Shown piece by piece: positions 1 to 12,425 of a stretch of 64,000 nucleotides of DNA. Position numbers and translations under genes: made by a program. The DNA comes from Camelus ferus (Eukaryota): contig NC_045697.1 of NCBI RefSeq assembly GCF_009834535.1, positions 73,596,001 through 73,660,000 of the forward strand. Direction: 5' to 3'. Under the pieces are notes generated by a model. That model saw only the letters and a program-made list of their open reading frames with translations. It made no database searches and was not told the origin of the DNA. Numbering within the stretch: the stretch's first letter is position 1; each line of letters starts with the position of its first letter.

Positions 1-247
1 ACAATGTGAGGGTTGCTCTAACTGCTAAGTACATCAATTTTCCATTGACTGACAGAGAAAATGACTACTGGATGAATCTGGGGATCCAAGGTGCCTACCA
101 TGAGCCAATTTTACACAAGACTCCATTTATTATCTGGACTCTGAAACTTCTATTCTTAGAGCAAAATAATAATGATTCTCTGAGTTTCCAGATCAATATC
201 AACTCAGACCTTGTGTCCAAAGGTCCTCAAAAGCCTGGGTCTTCCCT

Positions 248-871
248 TGTGGTCAGCAGAACGGACCTACAAAGATACCCATACCCTAATCCTTAGAACC
301 TGTGAGTAGATTTTATTACATGACCAAAGGGACTTTGCAGATGTAATTAAGGTTACAGACTTTAGGTTAAGAAGATTAGCCTGGTTTATCCAGGTGGGCT
401 CAGTCTAATCATATGAGCCCTTAAAAGCAGAGAACTTTCTCCAGCTGGAGTCAAAGAGAACATAAGAAGCAAGGAAGATTAAGTGTGAGAAGAATGCGGT
501 GCATTGTTACTGGTTCGAGGATGGGGGGGGCCAACAGGATGACGAAGGAATGTTGCCTGAAAGAGCTGAGAGAGTCTCCTGTCGGACAGCCATCAAGAAA
601 ATAGGAACCTCGGCATTACGACCATAAGGAAATGAATGCCACTGACATCCTAGTGACCGTGGAAACATACTCTTTCGCAGAAAGAAACCTCCATCAAGGA
701 ATGCAATACTACCAACCCCTTGATTCTGGTTTGCTGAGACCTTACACTGAGTCAGCTGAGCCACACTGTATTGAACTTCTGACCTACAGAACTGTGAAAT
801 AATAGATTAGTGTCATTTTAAACTGCTAAATTTGACGTGGTATGTTATGGTAGCAAAAGAAAACTAATCCA
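248..871 (+). mobile_element. MaLR (ERVL-MaLR) solo LTR, MLT1D/E-like
   Basis: Starts TG and ends CA. Contains typical MLT1 blocks 'gggactttgcagatgtaattaaggt', 'tatccaggtgggctcagtctaatc', 'cttctgacctacagaactgtga' and terminal 'tgttatggtagcaaaagaaaactaat'. Confidence 0.85.
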
Positions 872-879
872 TTCCTGTT

Positions 880-2510
880 CCCTAACATGCAGTCACCCAG
901 AGGTCCCTTTGGGAAAGAATGTGGGAATATTAGTGCATACATGTGCCGTGAAGTTATGGAGTACTTCCTCCTATGCACCCAGTCCTTTTTCAGTCAGAGT
1001 GTCCCTGATCTGAAAACTGGCTCAGGCTCAGAAACTGAGCAAGGGGTAATAACTTTGTATTGGGCTGGCCGTCCTCAGCCACTCCATTCTTGCACTCTTT
1101 TGATTATAGATTTTAAATAGCACACTTGTTGGTTGCCCAAATGTTTTGCCCCAAGGGACACCATGCTCTACTGACCATCTCTATAAGCTCCCAAGGGACA
1201 AGTCCCCCTTGGCTGCCCCTTTGATCTTGCTAGTAATTAAGGTAACTGCAGCCACCTTGTTTCTGATGATTAAGTGCCACCTCCTGGCCTCCATTACTTC
1301 AGGATCCCAACATCCTTGTGTATATTAACAAGCTCGGGTCTCTGACTACCTCCCCTATCTTCAAGCCCTGTCCTGCAAAGGAACACCACCACAGAACGTA
1401 CTGGTGCTCTCTCATCAGCCACTCCTAATGGCATTAATGAGTGGTACGTCCTCTGAGCCCTCCTAGGGATCTAACCCTCTGAGGGGTCTTTGGGTTTCAC
1501 ATGCTAATCCAGCACATTTACTTCCCCAGCATCTTTATTTCTTCCTTTCCATCTGCCAGGACCATTCAGACATTTCCACTTCACTCAGTGTTGACTTCTT
1601 TCCTCTTCTTAAGAGCAACCTTACGAGAGCTTGCCCCATCCCTTAGTGTCTTTGCCAGGATAATAAACCCTGTGTATTGAGAAAGCGTTCCCAATGAATT
1701 GTTTTTCTATTTATTCACTCTTTCATTCCAGCCTTCTTGATCAAGTGCCTATCAGCATGGCAGGCAAGAGAGAAGCTTGGGGTAGCCTCTTACGGGGGTG
1801 CCTGCTGACTGTGGGGGACAGTCCTCTGCAGCATTGCCCATCTCAGGAGAAGTACTAGCTCCAGACAAAGAGTGGGCTACCTCCAAGTTCTGAAGATCTG
1901 AGGGAGGGGATGAGTACACAGTCAATATGCTTGCGGGGGTTGCCAACTACATGCCCCCATTTCATGTTTCAGGGTTGGTCTCAGACTTCCCTAGTCAGGG
2001 CCCTGACATTAGCATAATAGATCAGCCTTGGATGAGCATCCAAACAACTCTGGAACTCTACAATTCTAAGCATCAGACTTTTAGCTTACTCTGCTATGTC
2101 TGCTCTTCCACTGTGGGAGAGAAGGATCTCTTTGAAAGCTGCAAATGAGGCCTCCTGCTCTCACACTTAGCATTTAACTGCTTATTGACAATCTTCAGTT
2201 TCTCATGATCCCCATATGTAACATAAATACAACTCATCAGGGAACAGTGAACTCCACTGTCTTTGAAGAATTGTTTTTCCATGTCTTTCAAATGACTCAC
2301 TCAAACTAAAAGGGTATTTCCCTCCACTGATACATTTTCTTAGTTCAACAATGGTGAAATCTTTATCAACCATGCCACTATCTTATGCCAGGGACGATCC
2401 AAGCCCAACCTACCATTCAAGATGGATCCCATTTTGCCTGCCCTTCAGTGAATGGACCAGTCCCAAATCCTTATCTTACCACCTGTTTATTTGGATTATT
2501 CATGGTACAA
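880..2510 (-). mobile_element. Degraded ERVL/MaLR internal region (gag-like remnant)
   Basis: Minus strand begins 'aaattgtaccatg' next to the LTR at 2512, like an MLT-int 5' end. 'cccaagggacaccatg' resembles MLT-int. No intact ORF. Confidence 0.45.
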
Positions 2511-2511
2511 T

Positions 2512-2930
2512 TTATGTCAGTTTGGGTCTATGGCAAAGCAAATGCCATGATGGGTTTTAGGTATGCAAAAGATTTAATGTTAGAGGGAGCAACAAAAGGT
2601 ATGAAGAGCCTTTAGACTATGATGCAGATCTAACATCTATTGAAGAAGAGATAAAAGGAAGACAGAAAAATCTTGGACTGCAGTGTATTTCAAAAAAAAG
2701 ATTCAATAAAGTCAATGAGGGTGTTTCAGCCAAAGTCACTCATTCAACAAGTCCCAGAGCTTGCTGGAGTAAGTCCACTTTAGTGCCCTCACCATGCCCA
2801 CCCCGGCTTGAGCTGTGGGCAGCCTGAGGGCAATGTGCCCTCAGCACAAAAACAAGAGTAAATCCAAAATGACAGCATGCTCTGTGCTGCAAGATATCCA
2901 AGTAAGTACATTTTTCATGTCCTTCATAAT
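2512..2930 (-). mobile_element. ERVL-class LTR
   Basis: 'tgtcagtttgggtc...aagcaaatgcc', 'gagcctttagactatgatgcagatct' and 'cagccaaagtcactcatt' resemble old ERVL/MaLR LTR consensus. Subfamily uncertain. Confidence 0.55.
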
Positions 2931-2939
2931 TAATTTTTC

Positions 2940-3780
2940 ACTTATCTACGGTTCCCATTTTCTACTTATTTATATGTCTAGCAATTTTTACTGAATAATG
3001 GACATTATGAATTTTACATTTTTGGAGACTAGGTTTTGTTTTATTCTTTTAAAGAGTGTTGGATTTTCTGGCAAATAGTTAAGTTCCTTTTAGGTTCTTT
3101 TTCTGTATATCTTCATGATCTCAAATTCTCTCTCCCATGAATTCTATGCAACTCAGTCTCCCTGAATACCAATCTCTATCTTCTTTTTTTATGCATATGT
3201 ATATATTTTTTCACTAAAGTATAGTCAGTTTACAATGTTGTGTCAATTTCTGATGTGTAGCACAATGCTTCAGTCATACACAAACACACATATATTCATT
3301 TTCATATTCCTTTTCACCATAAGCTACAAGATATTGAATATAGTTCCCTGTGCTATACAGTATGAACTTGTTGTTTATCAAATTTTGTGAGAATCCTCCT
3401 ATATTTCAAAGCGAGAGACACTCTGACAGAGTTCAGCAGGTGTTCTGCATGATTCAATGGGTTTGTAGATGTAATTCTTAGTGTATTTGTGGGAGAGAGC
3501 GAGCTGTCTCTCTACTCCACCATCTTGGCACCTTCCTCTCTCTATCTTCTTAATTTATGACATTACCAGACCATGTTTGCTCCACAATTTAGAAATCATT
3601 TCAAGTTATAAGAATTGAATAGTCATAGAAGTTACTTCATTTCCCTTTTCTCAGTCCTGTGCTTCTGTTGTCCAATTACTAAAGTATTTGTTTCTTGTAT
3701 TGTTGTCCAGTTTTTTCATTGTTCGTAGCAGGAGATTAATTCTATACCATCTTATTCCCTCATGACTAGATCAGATGTCT
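2940..3780 (-). mobile_element. Old L1 (L1M) fragment, interrupted by the younger insertion at 3186-3538
   Basis: T-rich L1-like sequence ('ctgaataatggacattatgaattttacatttttggagact') continues on both sides of the insertion. Confidence 0.5.
3186..3538 (-). mobile_element. Young bipartite L1-derived insertion (L1 5'UTR head fused to L1 3'UTR tail)
   Basis: Perfect 13-bp TSD tctctatcttctt at 3173-3185 and 3539-3551. Minus strand starts near 'gccaagatggtggagtag' (L1 5' start) and ends in the same 3' tail seen at 32229-32400 and 47410-47570. Confidence 0.8.
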
Positions 3781-5479
3781 GAGTCTATTAAAAATTTAAA
3801 AGCAGTATTATATTTTGAATTTTATGTAAATAAGTGCTCAGTTTTACTATTCAAATTATTTCATCTGAATGAACTGTATCTCCCCCCAGCACAGGGACCA
3901 CTCTCCTTCTGTTCCTTGGCTCTCTCCTCTTGCTTTCTGTGTGTTTTTTGCCTACCACATAGTCAGGATTACAGGGCAGACATCTATATGAATGTATGCC
4001 CAATGAAGGGTAGCCCCAAAAGTGAAACTAGGGAAATTACTGAGAAAAAAGGCAGAATAAATTAAAATTTGTTTATTGAACCATAACTATAAGTCCTCTA
4101 AACATTTTCAAGATTCCTTAATATTTTAGATTCCTTGTAATGTCCACATAAAAAAGCATGAAAGAGTTAAACACAAACCAAACCACAGTGAAACATAAAA
4201 TGAACAGTGTTTAACCTTAGCTACTGAAAGCAGTGCAGAAATTGATAATATCACACAGGAAGTAAACACCATGTAAAGATCTTTTAAAAATGTGAGGAAA
4301 GATTTCTGATAGCATCTGTGTTAGAGGGAGGCTGTTTCCTACCAAAAGCAATAGGCTTTTGAAACCTCTTCCTCTACAACAACAGAGAAGGCATTTACAA
4401 GTTTTTGCAGCAGGCATATTTGCAGAATTTGAAGACAGTAAAACTATTAACAACTACAAGGATATATATAATAGCAAGTAAAAACGAGAAATAGCTCCAG
4501 TGAGACTATAAATTATTTGATATCAGCAAATGTTGTATTCACTGTGTGCATCTTTTAAATATCCCACACAAATTGGGAACCCAATAAATACTGATTGAGT
4601 TAAATTGCCTTAACTTAATGTTGTGTGGGTTCGTTGTTTTTTTTTTTTTTGGTTTTTTTTTTTTTTTGAATTACAGAAAGTTACATATTACAGAAAGGTG
4701 GAGTACTTGAAAAGTTGATGGAAATACGTGTTAAGACTACAAGAACAGGAGAGAAATAGATGGAAAAATAATAGACAGCACTAGGTTGTCACAATGGCTG
4801 GCTTCCTCTTTTTCTCCCAGCAGATAGAAGGAACTGCCATACTTCTTATTTGTTGGCAGTGGAAGAGGGGTCCACGACAATTCAGTCCATCATGTGACCA
4901 AAACTGGAAATTGTTACATTGGTTTAATATGGGTATGCTTCCCAGTGCTGTTTCCATCCTTAGAGATCATTAGTCCTATGACATAGGGATCACTCCTGTT
5001 TCTCATAATCAAAATATTATTTGTTTTTCCTTGCCTGAATTAAATGCAAGCCCACCTTCATCTTGGGTTGCCAAACAAATCTGAGTGCCCTCCCCCTCTT
5101 CCACCGTATGTGAACCAGCGTTATTACTGGATAAGGATATTTGTGTGTGGTTGAGATGGATGTGTGTGATGAGTGAGACGAAGCACTTTCTTGCTTCTCT
5201 TTTTTCATTACTGTGGATTCATTTCAAGTTGCAACATTCACTTGTATATGCATGGCCTAAATAGTTACATCGTACCAGGAATTTTTACTCAAGAGTTATA
5301 TAACTGAGCCACTACAAAGGTACTACTGTGGAAATCTATTTCCTGGAAAATTTTGCTGTACTGTAGCTTATGTCAAGATGTGAAATAAATGCTAAAGGAA
5401 CTCAGGCCATATTTTTTAATCTCACATCAGAAAATGTGCAAGTTTTATGAATTGCTGATTGGTGATTAGGGCAGAAACT

Positions 5480-5867
5480 GACAAATTGTTAATCAAACTC
5501 ATTTCCCTTTCTTCCTAATACAGAGGGGCATTTCCTGGTCTCCTTTGCAGTTAGGTGTGGTCATGTGATTATGCTCTGGCCTATTGAAAGTGGCTGGCCA
5601 ATAAAATCATGCACATAATCCTTTACCTCTCAGTTCTACCCTCTGTACTATATGACAATATCTAAGTCAATTTTGGAAGCCATATATTGAAAATGGTAGA
5701 TATTCCTGAAATTTCTGTATCTATGCAGTTGCCCTCGTTTTTTCTACATCACTCCTCAACTCTCACCATCAACTGTACTTTAGAAGAGCAAATAATAAAC
5801 TTCTATTGTGTTCAGTCACTGAGTTATCAAGGTTTATTTATTACAGCAGCCTATCATAGTTAATACA
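5480..5867 (+). mobile_element. MaLR LTR, MLT1I/J-like
   Basis: 'catttcctggtctcctttgcagttaggtgtggtcatgtga', 'aataaacttctattgtgttcagtcactgag' and terminal 'ttacagcagcct...taataca'. Confidence 0.7.
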
Positions 5868-7789
5868 GTGGCAGAAATTAAAAATACCCTATATGTTGAC
5901 TGCCACCCACCTTATTTTCTCTACTAAAACTGCTTTTATGCAGGTGACTAGTTCATTGCTTCTGAGAATTACTACCAACAGAAGTTTTTAATAAAATTTA
6001 CCTCACACAAGGATATTACAGGGACTGTTAGCAATATTTGTATAAATCTTTCAGGGGTCCATGAAGCAAAGACTTCATATAAGGCAAAATAATGATGCTA
6101 ATTTTATTATATACTATAATTTTAATGAATAATACTGCATAATATAAATACAAAACAACTACTTCCAGAAACAATTGTTTCTCTGAAGTGAACACTGTGA
6201 ATATATCAGAATAATTTCATGGAACAAATTAAGAAAGCACTTGGTACAATCTATCCATTTTGTACTCTACCATTTTCATAGTTGTGAAGCTAAAATGCTT
6301 AGAAAAGACTAATGATTAACTCTGGTAACAAAGAAAACTTATCTGTTTCTTTTTTTCATCCAACCAGCTTTACTTCTTATAAAAGCAGCAGAGAATTTCC
6401 AGCTCTCATCTGCATCTTTTGCCCACCCATTAAAAGTAGTTAACTTCCTGCTATAACTCTCTTTTCTAGGTCCAAAATTACTTTCTAATACTGGAATATA
6501 ATCTTCAAGGGCCTATATACTCCCATGTTTAGGATTTCCATTTTCATCATAATGCCATGGCCACCATCATGATATGTATCATGGAAAGGTCTGTCTTCTG
6601 AACAGCTCTGAAAATCACAAACTGTATTGTGTACACAATCAGAGCACTTTCTTGCTTTTAGACTTTGTTCCTGTTGGTCTCTCCATTTGTAAAGGGTTTA
6701 TCCCATTCTGTAAATCAAAGTGTTCCTTGTACCTCAAAGTTCCACTCCTATATACTTTAAAACCTGTCCCAGGTGGATTTCATCTCTCTTCTCTGTCCAG
6801 AGAGAGCCTCCAATCACACCTGACTTCCCACTTGGGTCACCAGAAGAACCATATGGCAATACCTACCAAGGTTGTATGTGAACACATGGTCCACATAAAT
6901 AACGCCCAGTCCAGGACCACCGTGGGTGGTCACACTGGTGTGCAGTGCATCCCGCCAGCAGGCATCGTCCATCTGGATCATGATATAGACTAGAGTAGTG
7001 TAATCTACAATTATCACAGTGGCCCTGCCCAGGACCATGTTCTTAATTCTTTTGTGTTCTGAGTTTCAGTACCCTTCACCTATTCCATGACTATAATTGG
7101 AATCTTTTTCTTTGTTATCTAAAAGTACTCTACCCCTGAAAATATCTCCAAAACTCCACTCTTTGACCAAAATTCTCACTGGGTTTTTTTTTTTTTCCTG
7201 TTTTCTCATTCCTCTATTTCTACTAAATATGTTCTTCAAACTCTCAAGACTTCTATTCCCTTGTTTCCTTCATTTTTATCCACTTTTATTAGTCTTCTTC
7301 CTGGCCTCACTTTCCTTCCTATCCAGCCTAGACTCCTTAGTTAATTATCCCAGGAACACTGTCACAGATACTCCCCACCATCTGCTTAGTTCTAAGTCTT
7401 TTCACATCATGGACTCCACAACTCACTAAACCTGGACCAAGTCTCTCCTGCTATAGCCAGTTTGGTTCAGATTTATTCAAACACACATTCTACTGAATGC
7501 CTACTATAAACCAGGCACAAATAGACGATTTTTACTGTGCCTAGGTGAATGCCAGGAACCAGATAAGCACAGGGAACTCACTCAAATAATAGGAAAGAAG
7601 AACTCGAGTGAGTTACAAATTCATCATAGATGGTGAATCCATGGTAGGAGGAATCCAGGTGGGGAAAATCAAGCATCCATGCATATTGGTGTCACCACAT
7701 ATGGATGGGCTTGGGACTCCTCTGAGCCCTCAGTGAACTCAGAAATCTTCCGCTCACTCACAGATAACTCCTGTTCCCAATATCCTCAG

Positions 7790-8200
7790 CATTACTCCAA
7801 ACTAATGTTCTCCCCTTCTCAGCAGGCAACTTTATCTTCTGCTTCACAGAGAAAATAGAAACCATCACCCATCAAGTCCCTCAATTCACCACTCTGAACT
7901 CAATTTTTGCAGGATGCTGTCTTATTCTCAGTTTCAGAGAAAGCCTTCTTTCTTAAACTCTCCAATCATGTTTTGCTCTCAACCTCTCCCGTCTCCCTTG
8001 GAGACCTTGCTTCATTAACAGTTATCTCCTTTATCAGACTATAGCCTGTCCTTCTGTGGTAGCTTCCTCCCTCCTGCTAAAAATCTAGCCAAATACTATC
8101 ACTCTTTCAAAGGGGAAAAAAAAAATCTCTAAATCCTTTGCCTTTAATACACCTATCTCCCTTCATCCTTTTTCAATCAATTTTGTTAAAAACAATTTCT
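7790..8200 (+). mobile_element. L2 fragment
   Basis: 'cttctgcttcacagagaaaatagaaaccatca' and pyrimidine-rich L2-like sequence. Confidence 0.5.
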
Positions 8201-8269
8201 CTGCTCTGTGGCCTACTTCTCTTCCAAAGCCATGATAACTAGTCTCACACAAACCAGCTCCACACCACG

Positions 8270-8766
8270 ACCACTCCTGGCTAAGCCAGGGAGACCCACT
8301 TCCCAGAGCCCTCACTCTCTGTGGTTCTAAGTTAGAGTTTATCAATGTAAGAAACACAGGTGAGAATTAGGCTAAAGTAAAGCAGAAGCTGCTATTTTTT
8401 GGAGCAGCTGACGTATGAGAGATATAGAAAGATGATTGAGTCGTTGCGGCTTTGGGGGAATTTCTGAAGCCCATCTGTTTCCCCCCACAGACTGAGACAG
8501 CTTCTGGGGGCTTTCTCCAGATTGTTGAAACTTGTAATAGCTTCTGGCAAGCTTTTGAGAACGATTTATTTTAGGGCTTCAGACTGAGATCTTGTGTGTC
8601 AATTTCTCCGACCTTTGAGCAACAGCTCCCCTTATCCTCAGGGGCAGCTTCCCTGAGTTTCACTCCTTCAGTTTTTCCAACAAATTTTGTAAATCCTTGA
8701 TTCTATATTAAATCTTCTATGCATAGAATACATAGAATATATTACCTGAATGAATGCTGATGAATA
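8270..8766 (+). mobile_element. ERVL LTR, LTR33-like
   Basis: 'cacttcccagagccctcactctctgtggttctaagttagagttt' at the 5' side and 'tattaaatcttct...ctgaatgaatgctga' at the 3' side. Confidence 0.5.
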
Positions 8767-10560
8767 ATCTCAAACACCTCCTACCCTGCCAAATCTATTC
8801 CAGCAAAATCACCAATAATCTCCAAATTTCCCAAACCTGGCCCATTTCCACCTTTATGTGACGTCTCTAAAACTTGCCAACATGACAACTGCTTTCTTGG
8901 AGCTTACTATCCTTATGGAACTTAAGGACTAGTAGAAGAGATATTTACAGGTATAATAATATATGTAATAAGATGTGCTATAAAAAGAAACAAACTTCTA
9001 TGAATGTAAAGAGGAAAAGGCAGCTGGATCTATCTTAAGGAACTATTATGAAGAATTCCCTCTGAAATCCCAACTAAGCTGAACTCTTCTGGGACCTCCA
9101 GGAGCCTCTTGGGCAGTAGGAACATATCTCAGAAACTTTTGTTCCTTTCACCCTTTTTCTTTTATCCCTTAGCATATAAATTGGCTATGTCCACAAATAA
9201 ATGCTCTTATTTTTCTATCCTGCACATTTTTTGTTTCTGACTAAGGCCATAAGTAAGGAACAAAAGAAAAAGTGAATAAAAAAGAGAGATTTTTATATGA
9301 GCAAAGAAAATCCATTTACAAAATTCTCTGTCTAGGGCTTACAGACTCAAAAGGCTAAATTTATTCAAATAAATTTCTGATCTCAACCCAAAAGCAGAGA
9401 TCTCAAATTTTTCGACCATTAAGAGCCCTTTAGAGAGTAATATCAATTGCATACAAATATACAGAATAAACATCCACAACTACTGCTTAAAAAAAAGCAA
9501 TTAAGTCAAAAATATATATACATGCAAAAAACAATCTTATTAGATATTTTTCAGGAAATCAAGGGCAAGAACCTCAACTACTTTATATTGTAATATGTTA
9601 ATAGATCTAACAGTAACAATCAATTTAGCGTGTGAAATTCATTCTTCCGTAATATTTTGACTACAGTGATATCCACAAGCTGTCAGCATGGATAGAAAAT
9701 TTCCATAATTTTAGAAAACTAGGTCAACATCATATAGATATACTCTACATAATCCAGTCTATTCTGTCGATATTTTAACTCTAGCAAGAATGTGAGTTCC
9801 ATAATACTGTGAAATCAAACAAGAATTTCTAAAATAGAAGTAATTGGAAAATGTCCTATACTTCCAAGTTAAATTCAGATATGGACAATCTGTGTGTAGT
9901 ACAATAGATTTAAATAAGAATGCTGCAGACGAAATAAACAAGAATTTGGGTACAACAGTCATTTGGTTGATTACATCATAGCCTGAATTTAGAAAATCTA
10001 TGATGTTCCTATGGAAACTGTTTTTGCTTAAATGTAGTTACAGATATTCTTTAAGTACAAATTAAATTAATTGAAGGCAGGAGTAAAATGTCAGAACCAT
10101 TTAGAAGCTTAAAGAACAATCTATTCTTACCTGAAAGAACAGATAAGAGTAGTAGAAAAGTGAAGAATACACAAACTAGTCTCCTGAAATGAACAATACA
10201 TATAGTGCATTTTCAAGGCAAACTATACACACTTTGAAATCCACTTAGAATAATATGAACTCCAAATACTTCCCAATCCAACTTCAATGTGATGTTTACA
10301 ACAATCTAGTGGGACCAGAACCATAAACTCTGATTCCTACTTTTAGTTCTTAAAGCTCAAGTGGAAGAATCAGTCTTCTTAGGGATTACCTGGCACCTAG
10401 CAGACACTAGGTATTTGTTGCCTAAATGAATGAATAGAAGAAACAGCTTAGGATGCAGAATGGCAATGCTGGGATTCAATAAGGCCCAGTATATAGTATT
10501 CTATTTTCTATTTTTTCTGAATTAGTTAAAAATAAGAAAGATAGAAAAGAAAATGGAAGA

Positions 10561-10938
10561 TGCAATGGACTGGAAGTTTGTGTTTCTGCAATATTCATCT
10601 GGGCAAGCCCCAATCCCCAGTGTGACAGTATTTGGAGGTAGGGCCTTTGAGAGGTCATTAGATTTAGAAGAGGTCATGATGGTGGGGCCCCATGATGGGA
10701 TTAGTGTCTTTATAATAAGAAGAAGAGACCAGAGCTCTCTTTTTCTCTCTACCATGTGAAGATACAGGAAAAAGGCAGCCATCTGCAAAACAGAGAGAGA
10801 GCTCTCATTGGTCACCATATTTGCTGGTACCTTGATCTTGGACTTCCTAGCTTTAAAAATTGTAAAAAAAAATTAATGTCTATTGTTTAAGCTACCCAGT
10901 CTATGATATTACCTTACAGCAGCCAGAAAGACTAAGAT
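10561..10938 (+). mobile_element. MaLR LTR, MLT1A/B-like
   Basis: 'cccagtgtgacagtatttggaggtagggcctttg', 'gatgggattagtgtctttataa', 'ccttgatcttggacttcc', 'gtttaagctacccagtct'. Confidence 0.85.
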
Positions 10939-11449
10939 GGAAGACTTAATACAAACATCTGCTTTAACACTGAATAACCTAGTAAGAGAGAATACGGCTA
11001 TAGCAAGCAGGTTTCCTAATTGTGAACTCAGATTTTAGCAGATACCAACCTAGGCACAGGCAGTGTTAGGACATCACAGACCTTCTCATGTGGGCACTCA
11101 CATCTGTAAACCTAACACAGAGAGAAGCACACTTTCTGTGAACAGGTTTGGACCCAGAGAAAAAGACATAAGGAAATAGCTGAGCTAGAACGCTAAATAT
11201 ATTCTTCCAAATTTAAGTCACATAACCCACCCAACTCCAGAAAATTGGAGAAGCATGTGAGAGTGGTGATAGATGCCACAATTGTCATGTGAATGGAATA
11301 ATACACTCCACAAGAAAACAATTATCAGGATTGTGAAAAAGTGTTCTCTGCACGACAATTATAGGAAGACTTGTGTTCTCTGGCGATCAATTAATCAATA
11401 GGGTCAATATACTCATTAAATTAGATAGGCTAAATCAGGGCACTTCTAA

Positions 11450-12425
11450 TCACTCATTCATTTAATAAGCATTCATTGATACCTACTTGGTCTGGACATT
11501 CTTGTAGATGTAGGGGTTATGAAGAATAAGAAGGTAGACTTGATTTCCATCCTTATGAGGTTTATAACTTACAAAGCAGACCTCAATGGAATAAGCAGTT
11601 CTAAGTCAGAATGATATTAGAATAGAGGAAGTACAGAGAGCTCTGAAAGCTCATAGATGAGATATTTAACCTTGTGAAGCTGAAGAATTCTACCTGATGG
11701 ACTCCACTTTGAAGCTAATTGGTAAGAATTAGCCTGGCAAAGAAATTGATAAAGAGTTTCTCAGGCAAACAGGCAGTAAGTTCACAGGCTTAGAGCAGAG
11801 AGTGAGAAGGTGGGATAGCCAGCAAACCAAAAGAAATTCAGGGCAGCTAGAATGTAGTGTGAAGATAAGAGACAGATTTTGTTTAGGAAAAAAAAAAAAA
11901 AAAAAAGCAAGCAGGAAAGAGAATTACCCAGGTTCACATTTTAGAAAAATCCCTTTGGCTCTAGAGAGGAGAAAGAGCTAAATAGTTAGGGACACTTAGT
12001 GAAAATAAGTGCAGTATTTTAGGTGAAAAAAAATGGGCGGCTTGAACAAGGGGACTAGACAAAAATGGATAGAAATAAATATACTTCAGATATATTTTCT
12101 AGGTAGAATAACCAAGATTTGGCGATCTTGAGAAGATATCCAATATGATGATAAAAGAAAGGGGGATTAATGTATTCTGCCTTGAATAAGTAGATGCTGG
12201 TGTTGTTCAATAAAATAAGAACTCAGGTGAGGGTGGTTTGGAAATGGGACTCCAAAATGACAGGTACATTTTGGTACATTTTAGATTCAGCTTTCTGTAG
12301 AATATCCAAATAGAAATGTCCAGCAAATGCTTGGGTATATGGGCCTGGAGTTTAGGAAAATGAGTTGGATTGGAAATAGAAAGTAAGAATCAATGGTTTA
12401 TAAATGGTGCCTGAAGCTATAACCA
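11450..12425 (-). mobile_element. L2 3' portion
   Basis: Starts with the L2 tail 'cactcattcatttaataagcattcattga', followed by purine-rich L2 body ('atccaaatagaaatgtccagc'). Confidence 0.7.

Noticed and set aside
6874..6890. HVFTY pentapeptide matching bornavirus L
   Set aside because: Isolated 5-mer far from the other matches. Several such hits are expected by chance in 64 kb.
9390..9970. Possible hAT (Charlie/MER5-like) DNA transposon remnant
   Set aside because: Only a vague terminal resemblance. No second TIR or TSD found.
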